Assembly (NCBI GenBank): GCA_964016885.1
Contig: OZ024741.1
Coordinates: forward strand, 57,040,001-57,104,000
Origin: Eledone cirrhosa
Lineage: Eukaryota
Reading direction: 5' to 3'
DNA: 64,000 nt
Part shown: piece after piece, positions 14,723 to 27,890 of the stretch
Position numbering within the stretch: the stretch's first letter is position 1
Layout: every line of letters begins with the position of its first letter
Made by a program: the position numbers and the translations under genes
The notes under the pieces: generated by a model
Seen by the model: the letters and a program-made list of their open reading frames with translations, nothing else
Database searches by the model: none
What the model was told of the DNA's origin: nothing

Positions 14723-16308
14723 GGGTCGCATTGAAATGAGGTCAAAGTTAAAGTAAATCGATTTATCCGAAAACTTGGATATGCTATTGTTACGAAGCAA
14801 ACTAACAATTTTTTTATTTGTAGTTGCAGTCTCACTGGACTGGAAACCATCTACCACAATTCATTTACTCATTTGTTGTATATGTTTTACCATTTACTAA
14901 TAAATATACCCTCTTACGTGGTCATGAAAACCCTCTTGCGTGGTCTCTAAGCTCACAAAGCGGAGGAGACATCAAGTTAGATATCAACATTTATTCTGTC
15001 CGTTTCATTAAAGGGAAAATTGGAAAGCTTTGAAATGATATAATTGCCACTTTCTTCCAGATAAGAGCACCCTTTGGATAGACAGAGTTGCTCTTGTATA
15101 AATATTCAAAATAGCTGGTATCGCCTGGTGGGAATATAACAAATTCAACTGGTCCTTATTCATAAAAAAGAACATTATGTTTCTCTTTTTAAATTTATAT
15201 ACTTCCTTTCAAGTAATGTATTTATACTCTCAACTGCTTGCAATGGTATCTTTGGAATATTGTTTATCAATTTTTTTAGTAATCTACTGATATCAAAATC
15301 AGTAGTATATTGAAAAATGGAAAAAATAGGGGGGGGGTCGTAATTTCGAGGGGCAAAAGGGGGCGTTTGGCCTAAATGGGTTGAGAAGTGTGTTCTAGAA
15401 GGCAACTCGGGAAACTGGAATAACTCCGATATAAAACCTGCAGCTCTAGTTACCGGGTTATAGCTACTGTCGCTCAGAGAGTGGGATTGGCTCAGTGCAC
15501 AGTCTTTCTTCACTTTAAAAAATATCTTCACGCACAGGCATTGCACGATAGAATTAATTAATAATGGTATATCGTGCAATGGCCATACTCGATAACGAGG
15601 GGGCAGCCATCATGTATGTGTGTATGTATGCATGTATGTAGGGTGCTCTCCCTTGGTTGCTAAAGACTAGTGGCTTTCCGCAACCAAGACCCCATCATAT
15701 TTGAATGAACTTTCCCAGCCGCTACAATTACTCCCCTCTCAAATTGTCATACGAGATAGCACACAAGAGAGAAAAATGAGAGTAATTTGTATACCGTATG
15801 TATGTATGTTTGTATGTATGTATTATATGTGTATTTATGGATGGATGTGTGTATGTAGGGTGCTCTCCCTTGGTTGCTAAAGACTAGTGGTGAAATTCAC
15901 CAATTCTAAAATTCATAGCAAAGCTATAAAAATGTTTATTTGTAAGAAACATTTCGTATATGATTCAATATACAACCTCATGTATCAATCACTCTATGTC
16001 AGAGTATCACTACCTCTCATTAATTAGAACCCGCAAGCTTTTGCTCTGTATGTAAATGTGTTTCGTCAGCCGATGTTCATAAGCATAAATACTATAAGCT
16101 TTTAACTTATTTTCTTCTTAGCATCCAAGCGGAGTTAACTCTTCTGAAGACAATTAAATAACAAGAAACTATACCGTTAGGGTGCTCTCCGTTGTTGCTA
16201 AAGACTACTGGTGAACTTCACCGCTTCTAAAATTTATAACGAGGCTTTAAAGATGTTTATTCACATGAACATTTCGTATACGACTCAATATACAACACCA
16301 CTCATATA

Positions 16309-16404
16309 CAGGGTGTCCCCAAAAATGTATACACACTTTGATTAACTGTACAGGCAATATTTATTAGAATGCTGTTGAAGTGTGTATACATTTTTGGGGA
16401 CACA

Positions 16405-16407
<3 letters not shown>
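16309..16407. mobile_element. Tc1/mariner-type ~100-bp MITE (relative at 63253-63330)
   Basis: TA-CAGGGTGTCCCCAAAAATGTATACAC...GTGTATACATTTTTGGGGACACACTG-TA. Confidence 0.8.
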
Positions 16408-16469
<62 letters not shown>

Positions 16470-17335
16470 ATTTAATATAGAAGAAATGACTTCTACAACT
16501 GTTTCATTCGAAGGAAACCATCAGTAAACAGTTCTAGTCCTGTAGAAGCTATTTCTATATCAGATATTGTATATACTCTACAATGTATTGAGTAGCTTAC
16601 TGACTGTGGTTACCCCCGATTGAACCTGGGATTCACACACACACACACACACACACATGTGTATATATATATATATACGTGTGTTTGGGTGTGTGCATAC
16701 AGATAATTTCTCTTATACCACCTAAACAAACAACAAAATTCAACAAATCTAAACATAAAATACAATTTTCCGGTTAAATGAAAATAAAATTAAATCTACA
16801 TCAGACAAATCATTCGACTGATGACCTATGTTTGCCTGAGAAATGCTATATCATAAATTTATTGAACTCTTAATGCACAAAAAGACAGAGCATTTCAATT
16901 TGTTAACATAACGAGACATTTTTTTTTTTTACGAGAGTCGGCTAAAGGGTCATAGGTTGACGGCGATACTCACGTGCGCGTTTATTTTTCAACACAGTCA
17001 TTGTAAAGAAACAAGCCAGAGTTGAAATTAATGCGTGCAAGATTTCACAGCTATAGCAATCACTCCTTCACAGTCAGCCTATGAACGTTTCAGCTGACCT
17101 CCGTACAGAACATCGGTAACGTCATGTTTCACATCGCCATCTTGTGTTTTTTTTTGCTTAATCAGCTACGATAGACTCCTCTGAGGATCGTTCTGGATAA
17201 TAACGTATGGTCATAATAGGGAAGTGCTCACACGCAATGTAAACACACACATATATGTTTACTTATTGAGAGTTGTGTATGTGCCTTCCTCTGGGTTTGT
17301 GTGTGTTTCAATGACACATGATAAAGGATTCGGAC

Positions 17336-17372
<37 letters not shown>

Positions 17373-17570
17373 TTATCTCCAGACATTCTCTAACTGTAGT
17401 TAGGTCTTAGGTGTTCTTGAGTAGAAAAGGAAAACAAAAAATGAATTTGGCCAAAGGCAAATATATATATATATATACATATATACGATTACATATATAT
17501 ATACATATATACATATATATATATATATACATATATATACATACACACACACACACACATACACACACAT

Positions 17571-17619
<49 letters not shown>

Positions 17620-17980
17620 CACACACACGCATTCTCACTCACACATCCACGCAGATATGCCCATGTACATACATACGCACATACACAGGCACATAGACAC
17701 ACTTACGCACTCATGCACATAGACACATACATACTCACACACAGACACGCACACATACACACAGACAGCTACCCACATACGAACATACATACACGTACAA
17801 ATACACACAGATATGTGCATACAGATATAAAAAGTTTCACTTTAGATGTCTGATTAAGATATATGAAAAAAAAAACTTGAGATTTATTAGACAATATAGT
17901 AAGAACTGTTTAATTTATATGAACAAGTTCTGAGTGTCATTTTAATAATGAAATTACATTGGAATTATAGTAAATTGGAA

Positions 17981-18017
17981 ATATGTATGTATGTATGTAT
18001 ATATGTATGTATGTATG

Positions 18018-18108
<91 letters not shown>

Positions 18109-18118
18109 ATATATATAC

Positions 18119-18184
<66 letters not shown>

Positions 18185-18194
18185 ATATATATAC

Positions 18195-18251
<57 letters not shown>

Positions 18252-18305
18252 CATATATATATACATATATATATATGTGTGTGTGTATATATATATATAC
18301 ATATA

Positions 18306-18372
<67 letters not shown>

Positions 18373-18376
18373 ATAC

Positions 18377-18441
<65 letters not shown>
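17981..18441. repeat. Compound (TA)n/(TG)n/(TATG)n microsatellite, representative of dozens in the window
   Basis: Direct reading. Confidence 0.97.
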
Positions 18442-18443
<2 letters not shown>

Positions 18444-18688
18444 CTGTCTAATACAAATACACATATAAACACAAAGTCTTATTCGCACGCATGCTCGTAC
18501 AAACACATGCACAAACACACGTACGTACTCACAACCACTTTCTCTCTCTCCCTCTCTCTCACCCTCTTTCTATCTATATATCTATCTCACTCTCTCCCAA
18601 CCTCTTTCTCTCTGTTATATACAAACACACCTAAAATACAAACATGTATTTCACACACGCATGCGCGTACACACCCACACATACACAT

Positions 18689-18730
<42 letters not shown>

Positions 18731-20379
18731 TGTGTGTGAGTATTATACACAAACACACATACTAACACAAACACACTGTCTCTCATACCCATGTATATTA
18801 CTAGACAAAAATGTGTATCTTTGATCTGAGCTTAGTGAAAGAAAAATCAATTTAAACTGGAAATAACTTATTCCTACACAGCAAATAGTTTCAATATGTC
18901 ATTATATGCACAGTTTGGAATGGACCTTCGTCGGTTTCGACTACGAGTGTTCCATTTATTCGAAAAACGGAACAGACTGCTCTTGAAATAGGGGTGTAAT
19001 GTGGTGTAATATCACAGCTGTTAGAGAGTTGGACAAAAAGCTTCGTGGTATTTAACCCTTGTTGATACCATGCCGAACCTGGTTCTACCATACATGAATA
19101 TTTGTATTTAAATGATTATATTTATTTGAGTAGGCGAATTGGTTATTAGAACGTCGGATAAAAGGCTTTGCAGTAGTCGTTCCAGTTCTCTATGGCTTTT
19201 GTGGAAGCAACTTTTTATCAGCACCAACTTTCGTTGAATATATTTATAATATTTTTTGTGGAATAATTTTTGATATAAAATAGATGAACATTTACTTTGA
19301 AATTGTCATATGTAATGTGTTTTCAAATATGTTCTTTTTTTTTTTTTTTACAGCAGATATTTTAGTGTTTTGGTGTTTTTTCGGGGAGTATTACTGACAG
19401 TGTTAGATGATGGTGGATTGTCAGTATCAGTAAAGCGTCAGACAATTGCCTCTTCCTCCACGAATTTGCTAGCCTTGTGCCAATGTCAGAAATCATTATG
19501 ACACGCAGTATTGGTAGACTGAAGATCTGGTTCGTGCTTTCCCGATAAAATCCTCTCGAGATCAGGCGTTTGTATGACAATAATCTTTATTTGTTACTTA
19601 TGCAACGTTGAATTATATATTTTGCTCATATCATATCTTGTCAGCTTTCACTTCATTTCTACTATCAACTTAAACATTTATTTATCATTGTTGTCATTGC
19701 CATCGCTTGTTTACTACAAGCTCTCTGAAATTCATATTTTAAATTTATTATTATCATAGTTTATTTACTACGGGCTCACGTTGTCCAGCTACCTCACTCG
19801 CATCATATACACCTATGCTACACCTAGACACGTTGCCTGGATATTCAACTCCCTTGGTTAGCTTTACAATGTGTGTCCTTTCTCCCAGTTTTGCAATCCT
19901 CCCCATTCTTCCAAATAAAATAATTTCTACTTACAGTCTAGTAAACTGAGGAACTTAGTTTTTTATACTTCTTTCTTTCATACAGTCCACACTCATTCGT
20001 GTCGAATTCTGTGTTGGTCATAACACTATATGACCCACTCCACAGCCATGGGTATTTCCACAACGCTGCTACGTGGCAAAGATGTTTAGCTACTTATCTA
20101 TTAACCGTAGGATATTTTTAAATGTTCACATTAGTTATGCAAATTTGGATAAAAGTTCTATAATGCGTCTCTCTGAGTTCTGCGCCTTATTCAGTTGCCG
20201 TATTGCCCTTAATGGAAACGTCGTCCCTGGCTCCACTTTTTATCCCAGACGTCGTGATATTCATGCATTTCCGCACACATATTGTCCATTTTTAGTGAAG
20301 TAAAGTAGCGAGTAATTCAATTGAATCAGTTGAGCGATAAAAATCTGTTTGTTTTGATATTTTTCATTAGATTTATAAA

Positions 20380-20497
20380 ACTAGGGATGCAGTACAGTCG
20401 GAGCTCACTGGAGAACTGCTCCAGTACCTCTATGAACAACTAGGGATGCAGTACAGTCGGAGCTCACAGGAGAACTGCTCCAGTACCTCTATGAACA
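20380..20497. repeat. 59-bp tandem duplication
   Basis: ACTAGGGATGCAGTACAGTCGGAGCTCAC...ATGAACA twice, one mismatch. Confidence 0.92.
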
Positions 20498-20539
20498 GTG
20501 ACATTTCCAAAATACATATTATACATATAGATACAATAA

Positions 20540-20755
20540 TGGTTTCTTATATAGGCACAAGGCCAGTAATTTTGGGGGAGGGGAAAGTTGATTAAATCTA
20601 CCCCAGTACGTGACTGGTACTTTATTTTATCGACCACGTAAGGATGAAAGGCAAAGTTAACCTCGGCGGGATTTGAACTCAGATCATAAAGGGCCGTAAC
20701 TCTATGCTGAAAAGCATGGCGTCCGATCCTCTACCGATACTGCCAATCTACTGCC
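20540..20755 (-). mobile_element. SINE family 1, full-length copy
   Basis: A-box-like TGGCAGTATCGGT and B box on minus. Confidence 0.85.
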
Positions 20756-21181
20756 CTATATATATACAATAATAAAGACTGAATTTTTTTTTTACTTTGA
20801 GTTTACTCACATATGGGATGACGCCGGTCAACGAAAATTCTCGCATTTTTTTCTAATCTCCCATTTCCGAATCTTTTGATCCAGTTATAACATTTTTATA
20901 CTCAACAATTTTTACGTTTGATTATGCTTTCAGTATACTTCCACTCTTAAGTATACCCAGTCATATTAGTAAGACTACATCTCTAATGGACGATGATCTG
21001 TAGAATACTTGCCAATGTAGAAGTATTTTTTCTCTCTAACAACCCTATAGCTTCTAAGCAAACAACGTTAGCGTCTTTCTTTCGCGAGGAACCAACTGAT
21101 GAATGCAACAAGAATAACGTATTAAAGACTAATAAATGTAAAAGAGACATTGTAAGTTATAAGTAAAAATAAAGTTACGTT

Positions 21182-21244
<63 letters not shown>

Positions 21245-21439
21245 CAGTAAGAGGTAACCAAGACTGCGAAAATTGGTTTAAAGTATTAATCCCTTCTTTT
21301 TTTTTTCTGCAAGGAAATGCGCATCTTTGACATGTTTATATGTCTATATACTAATAATGTGTAAATTTACATAGTTATTTACGTAGCTTCGGTTATCTCT
21401 ATACAGATATATATACAGATATAACTTTATCGTAAATCT

Positions 21440-23280
21440 TGGCTGCTTAGCTCACACAACTTAATATATAGTAAAGATGCTTTGGGATGATTATATAATA
21501 CCATGAATGCTTCACATCTAAAGGCAAGTCATTCAATTCTTCATTGCCAAAATGACAGGTTACGTCCTGATCACTGAGCCTTATTGTAACTTCAAAAGAA
21601 AAAGGAAATTGACATTAGAACAGGGTTCCCGCACCAGCATTACAGAGATAATTAATCACTTAGCCATTAATATGAATATGGAAAATTTCCAGTATATCAA
21701 GCAGCTAAATGACGATATTTTCTCTTCTCAAGGAAGAATCAATGAGTTTTAGGCATTAATTCTAATAATTTCTTTCAAATGTAAAAGTAATAAGAAAGTT
21801 GATCCTCATTTTCATGTTTTATCTCTGAACAGCCTGATCAGAAAGCTACTACCATTACAAAGAATCTATTGAACTCTATTATCAATCACGGATTTCGTGA
21901 ATATTATTTGAAATACAGCTTTTCTAAATTTTCCAGTGACGGAGCGAACGTAATGCTTGGTATCAACCATTATCAATGAATATTACTGTGATGTAATGAT
22001 TTATCGTTGTTTTTAATAACGGTTTAGAACTAGTAGATGATTCGGTGAGAGATGTTGAGGGAATTAATCGCTGTCAATTATGTATGGATAAGTTTACTCT
22101 AAGTCACCTCTAAGTGTACCTCTCCATTAAGACACCAAATTTCTAAAATAGACCATGATTTGGGGGTCAAGTGGATATCTAGCACGTTTTTAACAGTTTC
22201 AGAACTGGCAAATTATGAAATACTGTGTTCTTTTATATAATCGATGAAAGATAAAACAAAATCTAGAAATCACAGAAAAACTTATGAAAAGACTTTTCAC
22301 GGAATAGTTTCTATTGAACGTATTCCTAATGTATGACATGTTACATTAATTTGATTTACTGTCAGTGTTTACAGATACATGATTGTTTATGCCAGTAAAT
22401 TGATCTCACACAGAATAAAATTATTGCAAGAACTAAAAGAAAAATCAGTTATAAAACTCTAAAAGCTCAAGAGACAATTCAAAAAGAGGGGTGTTTGGAA
22501 AGATTTCTTTAACAGAAAACAACATATAATCATCGAAAATTTCTTACAAATCTTATAAACAATTTTCTGCGCCGTATATTTAAACATCATTGAAAGAGTC
22601 TTAAACTCCTAAACTTCGAACTAAGTATAAATCCCTGCGAAATTCAATATATGTCTTCTATAAAAGATACTGGCCTGATGAAATATCATTTAATTATGAA
22701 GACGCTACAAAATCTCTCTTGGAAAGATGTTTAAGCCTTTTCATTTCTCTATAATAGATACCTTTAGAGATTTTATAGAGGACCATGAACACCACGTCCC
22801 CTAAGATTTACGCCCATTACTCTTCATAATTTATTCCTATTAGTACTAAGAGAGGATTCTTTTACTTGAACTTAATAATGGTTTCTAATTTAAGCACAAA
22901 GCCAGCAATTTAGGGTGAAGAGAAAGTCGATTAAACCAACACCCAGTATTGATTGTTACTTTATTTTATCGACCATGGAAGGATGAAAAGCAAAGTGAAC
23001 CACGGCAGGATTTGAACTCGGAACGCAAAATGTTGGATTAAATGCCATAAATCATTTTGTTCGATGCTCTAACAATTCTGTCAGTCAATCACACAGGTAT
23101 GAATTTGATGATAAAAATGACCTGTTCAAGAAATCTTATAAATCATGTATCAACACTTACGTTTCAGTAAACGAAGTAGACATCCTCTCTCTCTCTCTCT
23201 CTGAGTGGAACCTTGAGACGTATGTCACATCATGGTTGCAGTACCACAGATCAGCAGATTGCGCCAAGACATGTATTGCT
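21440..23280 (+). pseudogene. Highly decayed hAT transposase (KIAA1586/ZNF862-like), interrupted by a SINE
   Basis: SDGANVMLG (~21936), xLEL...DSVRDVEGIN (~22020), IPIST (~22834), EWN.ETYVTSWL..HRSAD (~23203). Confidence 0.6.
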
Positions 23281-23435
23281 TTAGACCGGAGAAGCTAGGG
23301 GGCTGCGGTGAGAAGGTCCAGGAGGGCGCTGCGGCTTAAGGGGGTGGTAGAGATGATATAATAGTATATTAAATATTAAATGATACATATTATATATAAA
23401 TATAGTAAAATAAAAATATATATATATTATATTTA

Positions 23436-23740
23436 TCTATATATCTAAAACAGAGAATGTCTGTCTGTCTGTCCACCCAACCGATTGTTTTCAAACTTTA
23501 CACATGTAAGACTTATGGTCCTGTGAGTGCTTTGAGAAATAAAATTTCAAATTTTCATTGCCCTAGGGACCGCATTAGACGATTTAGCGATCTCTCTCTA
23601 TAATTCTTAGTCTTTCTCTTTTTAGATAGATACATAGATATAACGTCGCGCCCTTATAATATCTGTCTGTATGTTTGGCTATCTGCATTACGACATTATG
23701 ACGCGGTGTGTGTGTGTATATATATATGTGTATATATATA

Positions 23741-23790
<50 letters not shown>

Positions 23791-24121
23791 TGTAACGTTT
23801 TTCGAAATATTTACTTCTGCGTTCACAGATTGATTTTTTTTAGTTTCAGAAGATCCCGTTAAGGGTGAAATTAGCGATTCTTTGCTTAAACTTTAATCTG
23901 TTATTTTAATATATATATATGTAGATAAATCTACCATTATTTCTAAAGACAGCATATATATGCGTAGGTATGTATATTCCCTCTGATAGTTTGTAAATTT
24001 TTTACATAGATCTATATGATATACATACCAACACACACATATATATCCTAGAAACGATCGTAAAATGATGAATTTTTAATATAAGGAACTGTTTCTTTGT
24101 TTTTATTCATTGTTTTTATTA

Positions 24122-24188
<67 letters not shown>

Positions 24189-24334
24189 TATATTCGTGTA
24201 CAGATATTTTTGCATACACAATAACAAAATATAAACAAACGTATTTATTTCACGAGGCTCGATAAGGATAAATATATATCAAATATATAAGAACCCTAGA
24301 GCAAATCCTGAGCAGCGCCGAGCCATTCTGCTAG
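23436..24334 (+). mobile_element. Non-autonomous Helitron-like element
   Basis: 5' TC (A|TCTATATATCTAAAA, then TCTG repeats); GC-rich 3' end GAGCAGCGCCGAGCCATTCTGCTAG|T; the 5' part recurs inverted at ~53420-53583. Confidence 0.6.
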
Positions 24335-25177
24335 TTATATATAAATTAACGAGTTTATTTATTATATATTATTTACAATTTGCGTGTAGGCAGGTGTTTC
24401 TGGAAATAGGGTTGGAGGCGCTGAGGGTATTACGTGGCCGTGAGGGGCAGGGGGCGGTGGCCCCAAAAATTTAAGAACTTCTGCTTTAGACCAACTGCTA
24501 AAAACCGTCACTTGCAATCGAATATGATTTGATAGATGCTTTCACTAAAAGTGTTATGGTCCTAATGCAGTCGCGAACAAACACAGACACACTATCGGCT
24601 CTCCCTCCCAGCGGAATATCCAGAATGTGACAACCAGGAGGAGAGAGGGACCAGCATTAGACTAGTACTTTTTTTAATCGATCCTGAAATGGAAAACGTC
24701 AAAGTGTATCTTAGCAGGGTTTGAACTCAGAACAGAGAGACACAGAAGAAACTACACAATGACTCTGCCAAATTAACCACCTAAACAAATAAATTACATC
24801 TAACCTTTTGTTGAAATTATCGCGTCACTTGATTAGTAGGTAATTATTTTTAAATTGGTAAAATATATATAATATTATTTATTAGTCTTTTCATTAAGTT
24901 GCTTGATGAATTTATGTTATGTTTAATTAGTGTGTCCAAGTTGCACTGCGCAACTGTTTGTCATATCATTAATAAGGTATTATACCTTATTGAATCACTT
25001 ATATATAGAAAGGAAGTGGCTAATTGGCGGAATCGTTAGAAAATTAGATAGAATGTTTTAAAATTCAGGTTGTCGGGACCCTGCTTTCAAATCCTGCTGC
25101 TAAGGATGTCGATAAATAAAATACCAGCCCAGTACTGGGGATGATTATTTCTCCCCAACATCTCTCTCTCTCTCTCT

Positions 25178-25211
<34 letters not shown>

Positions 25212-25513
25212 ACGCCACACCACTCACTCTGCTAAAGAAGATAAATTGGTGTTCAAAGATGGAGAGGAATGGGTTTCTTTCGCGAGATTTAAATGTTCAA
25301 GGCTGCGTCCCAACGACCTCTCTAGGACTTCAGATCCTATGACATACACTCAAATGTAGCGAGAGACTATAATCTCTTTAATGTAGTAACCACTCCGTAA
25401 TAGCTGGGTGTGACATATGTGCAAGTATTTTGTAGGATGTGGCACCTAAAAGGAATAGCACTGCTTCCTTGTGTATAAGACATGGAGGAGAAACTCTACA
25501 TGTTGATCTAAAG

Positions 25514-26500
25514 CAGGAGTCTCAAACATGCGGCCCGCAAACTACTTTTCTATTACCCCTTCCATACTCTTCCAGTAGCAGCATCAGAATTAAATTTGAC
25601 CTGCCAACCTAATGTAAACAGACAATCAGTTTTAAGATCAGCCAGGGTCTGACCATGTTTCTCCCCAGGGAAAGGTAAAATATACTTTTTAATATTTCAG
25701 TCGCTTTCACTTCAGGATCAAATGCATGTGGCTTGTTTCAAAAACCTATTGTTGTTGTGGTGGTGGAAGGGTGAATGAAATTATAGAAAACTCACACAAC
25801 AGAAAGAACATGAGGACATTTGTTTTTGTTTCAAAATATGAGAGGGGTAGATTTGACAACTCATACTGGCATGGAGGGTCTACTTGATTTGACAGACAAC
25901 TAATACTACAGCAGAAGTGAGAAATCTTTGCTTCATACCTTAAGGAGAAATAGATTTATCAACTCATGTAAGCATAAGGAAAGTGAATCTGATAGAAAAT
26001 CATTGAGAGCGGATTGTTAAATAAACAGCAAATTCAAAGAAGAACGTATTTTTTTTTATCAACCACACAACCGAATAAGAAAAAGAAGAAATGCCGTTGA
26101 GAACCAAAGTTTTCAGGAAAAGTGGGAATATTTGTATTTTGTAACAAGTACAATGCTTGATGTGGCTGCATGATATTGCCGTACGAAAAGAATAACATAA
26201 GGAGACATTGTGAAACAACACAGTTATCAGTATAATGCATTAACTGGAAAGATAAGAAGAAAAGGTAGAACGGCTTAAGATAGCTCCTTAGAAGCAACAG
26301 AATGGGTTTTTTTCAACTTGAATGAAATAAGTGAAAATGCCGTAAGTGCAAGTTTTGTTCTCCACGACCATTCACTGAAGATAATTTCATCAAAGATAAT
26401 TTTATCAAAGACTGTATTTTAAAAGCTAGTGAAATCCTCTGTACCAAGACAAGGAACATATTTGAAAGTATTTGCTTGAAACCTATTACCAACAAGTGGC
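25514..26500 (+). mobile_element. hAT (GTF2IRD2/SPIN-like) 5' end and N-terminal transposase remnant
   Basis: CAGGAGTCTCAAACATGCGGCCCGC end; FQEKW, KNNIRRHCETT, RPFTE..FIKDCILKASEILC. Confidence 0.65.
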
Positions 26501-26506
26501 TACCTC

Positions 26507-26541
<35 letters not shown>

Positions 26542-26840
26542 TGTGTGTGTGTGTGGTGTGATTTGGGGAATTACTGGTGGTGGCATCTAAACGAGCACTC
26601 GATGCACAGGCAGAGTGTATATATTATATTAGGAAAACGGTGAGGTTTCGTTTACATGCATTTTTTTTTATTATTGTGTATCGATCTGTTACGCGCGTTT
26701 CTCAGAGGATTGGTTCAGATTCACACATAGAATTTATGGATCCGATTCCATTATTTATATCCGACTCCATTACTGAATACGCATGTGTTTTTTCCACCTT
26801 TTCCCCGTTCCTTCCTCTTATCACTTTTTACTTTCTATTT

Positions 26841-26880
26841 ATCTTCTGATGAAGGACTAGTGTTCAAAACGTTAAAATTC
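26841..26880 (+). ncRNA. Degenerate minimal hammerhead relic in a pLTR-like remnant
   Basis: CTGATGA-AGGAC tagt GTTC-AAAA-CG-TT; GAAA is mutated. Confidence 0.35.
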
Positions 26881-26958
26881 TCTTTCTGTTATTTCATGCG
26901 TTAAACTAATATATTTCTTCCATGTACGATGTCGTTTGTTTTGTTATTTCTGTTTACC

Positions 26959-27080
<122 letters not shown>

Positions 27081-27285
27081 TGCCGAAAATATCATTTCGG
27101 TCAAGTTTATTAAAAGAATAAAGTTTACTCACAATTAGATAAATAAAATTATTTATCTAAATAACGATATATTTCGAGGAAAATATATATAGATTATAGA
27201 ATGTATAGTAATCATTCATGATTTGAATCCTCCCCATCAGGTTACAACTGTGACTAGATTCCTTGCCTAACTTCGAGGACCATCG

Positions 27286-27465
27286 CAGACCTGCCAACCT
27301 CTAAAAACCTAAACGGGGAGTACCATGAAAAAAAGTGCCCCCAAAACGAGGAGAAATGAGGCAAAATGGGGAGATTTTACATAATGAAAGCTATACCCAT
27401 TTTCACAAGAGAAGACATCTCTCACCCACCCCAAAGTGGGTGGGAGGGGGGAGTTGACAGGTCTA
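27286..27465. mobile_element. MITE, same family as 3056-3249
   Basis: Sequence similarity along the whole length. Confidence 0.78.
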
Positions 27466-27504
27466 CCATCAATATAATAGAGACATTTCTATTCTAATTC
27501 AACA

Positions 27505-27890
27505 AGGCCAGCAGGCTTAGACCGCGGAGATGGTAAACGCCTGGACGGACCACTCTCTTCCCATTCGAAGGAGGTAGATCCCTCATCTGGGACGCCACCT
27601 GCTGCGGCAAGTTCTCCAACTTAGTCGTTTCGGCCACAAACCCCGGCATCGGAGCCCGCCTCACAGAAGAACGTAATATAAACAAATACCGGAATTTGTT
27701 CGGCCGCTTCCTCTTCGCACCGGTCGCCATCGAGACCTCAGGCGTCCTTGGACCTCTTACTGCCGAGCTCCTCCACAAGATCGGGGCGTCGGCGGTCAGT
27801 CTGTAAGAAGGAGCCCGCGGGGTTGGGTGGCTGTTGCAGCGAGTGTCACTGGCCATCGTCCGGGGGAATGCTTTTGCCTTCTGTCAATGG
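27505..27890 (+). mobile_element. CRE RLE fragment
   Basis: GDGKRLDRTT.FPF..GRSLIWDAT, PVAIETSG, QRVSLAIVRGNA. Confidence 0.8.

Larger units (their letters stand above)
12616..15392 (+). mobile_element. hAT (Charlie/Buster-like) DNA transposon, defective
   Basis: Ends CAAAGGTTCTCAAC...GTTGAGAAGTGTG; degenerate 8-bp TSD TCCTAGGA/TTCTAGAA; internal transposase remnants. Confidence 0.85.

Noticed and set aside
15639-16300. Three copies of TAGGGTGCTCTCCCTTGGTTGCTAAAGACTAGTGG
   Set aside because: Irregular spacing with extended shared flanks; an ordinary local duplication, not a repeat-spacer array.
17937-18824. YI/HT/CV/YVCM-repeat ORFs here and throughout the window
   Set aside because: Translations of (TA)n, (CA)n and (TATG)n microsatellites.
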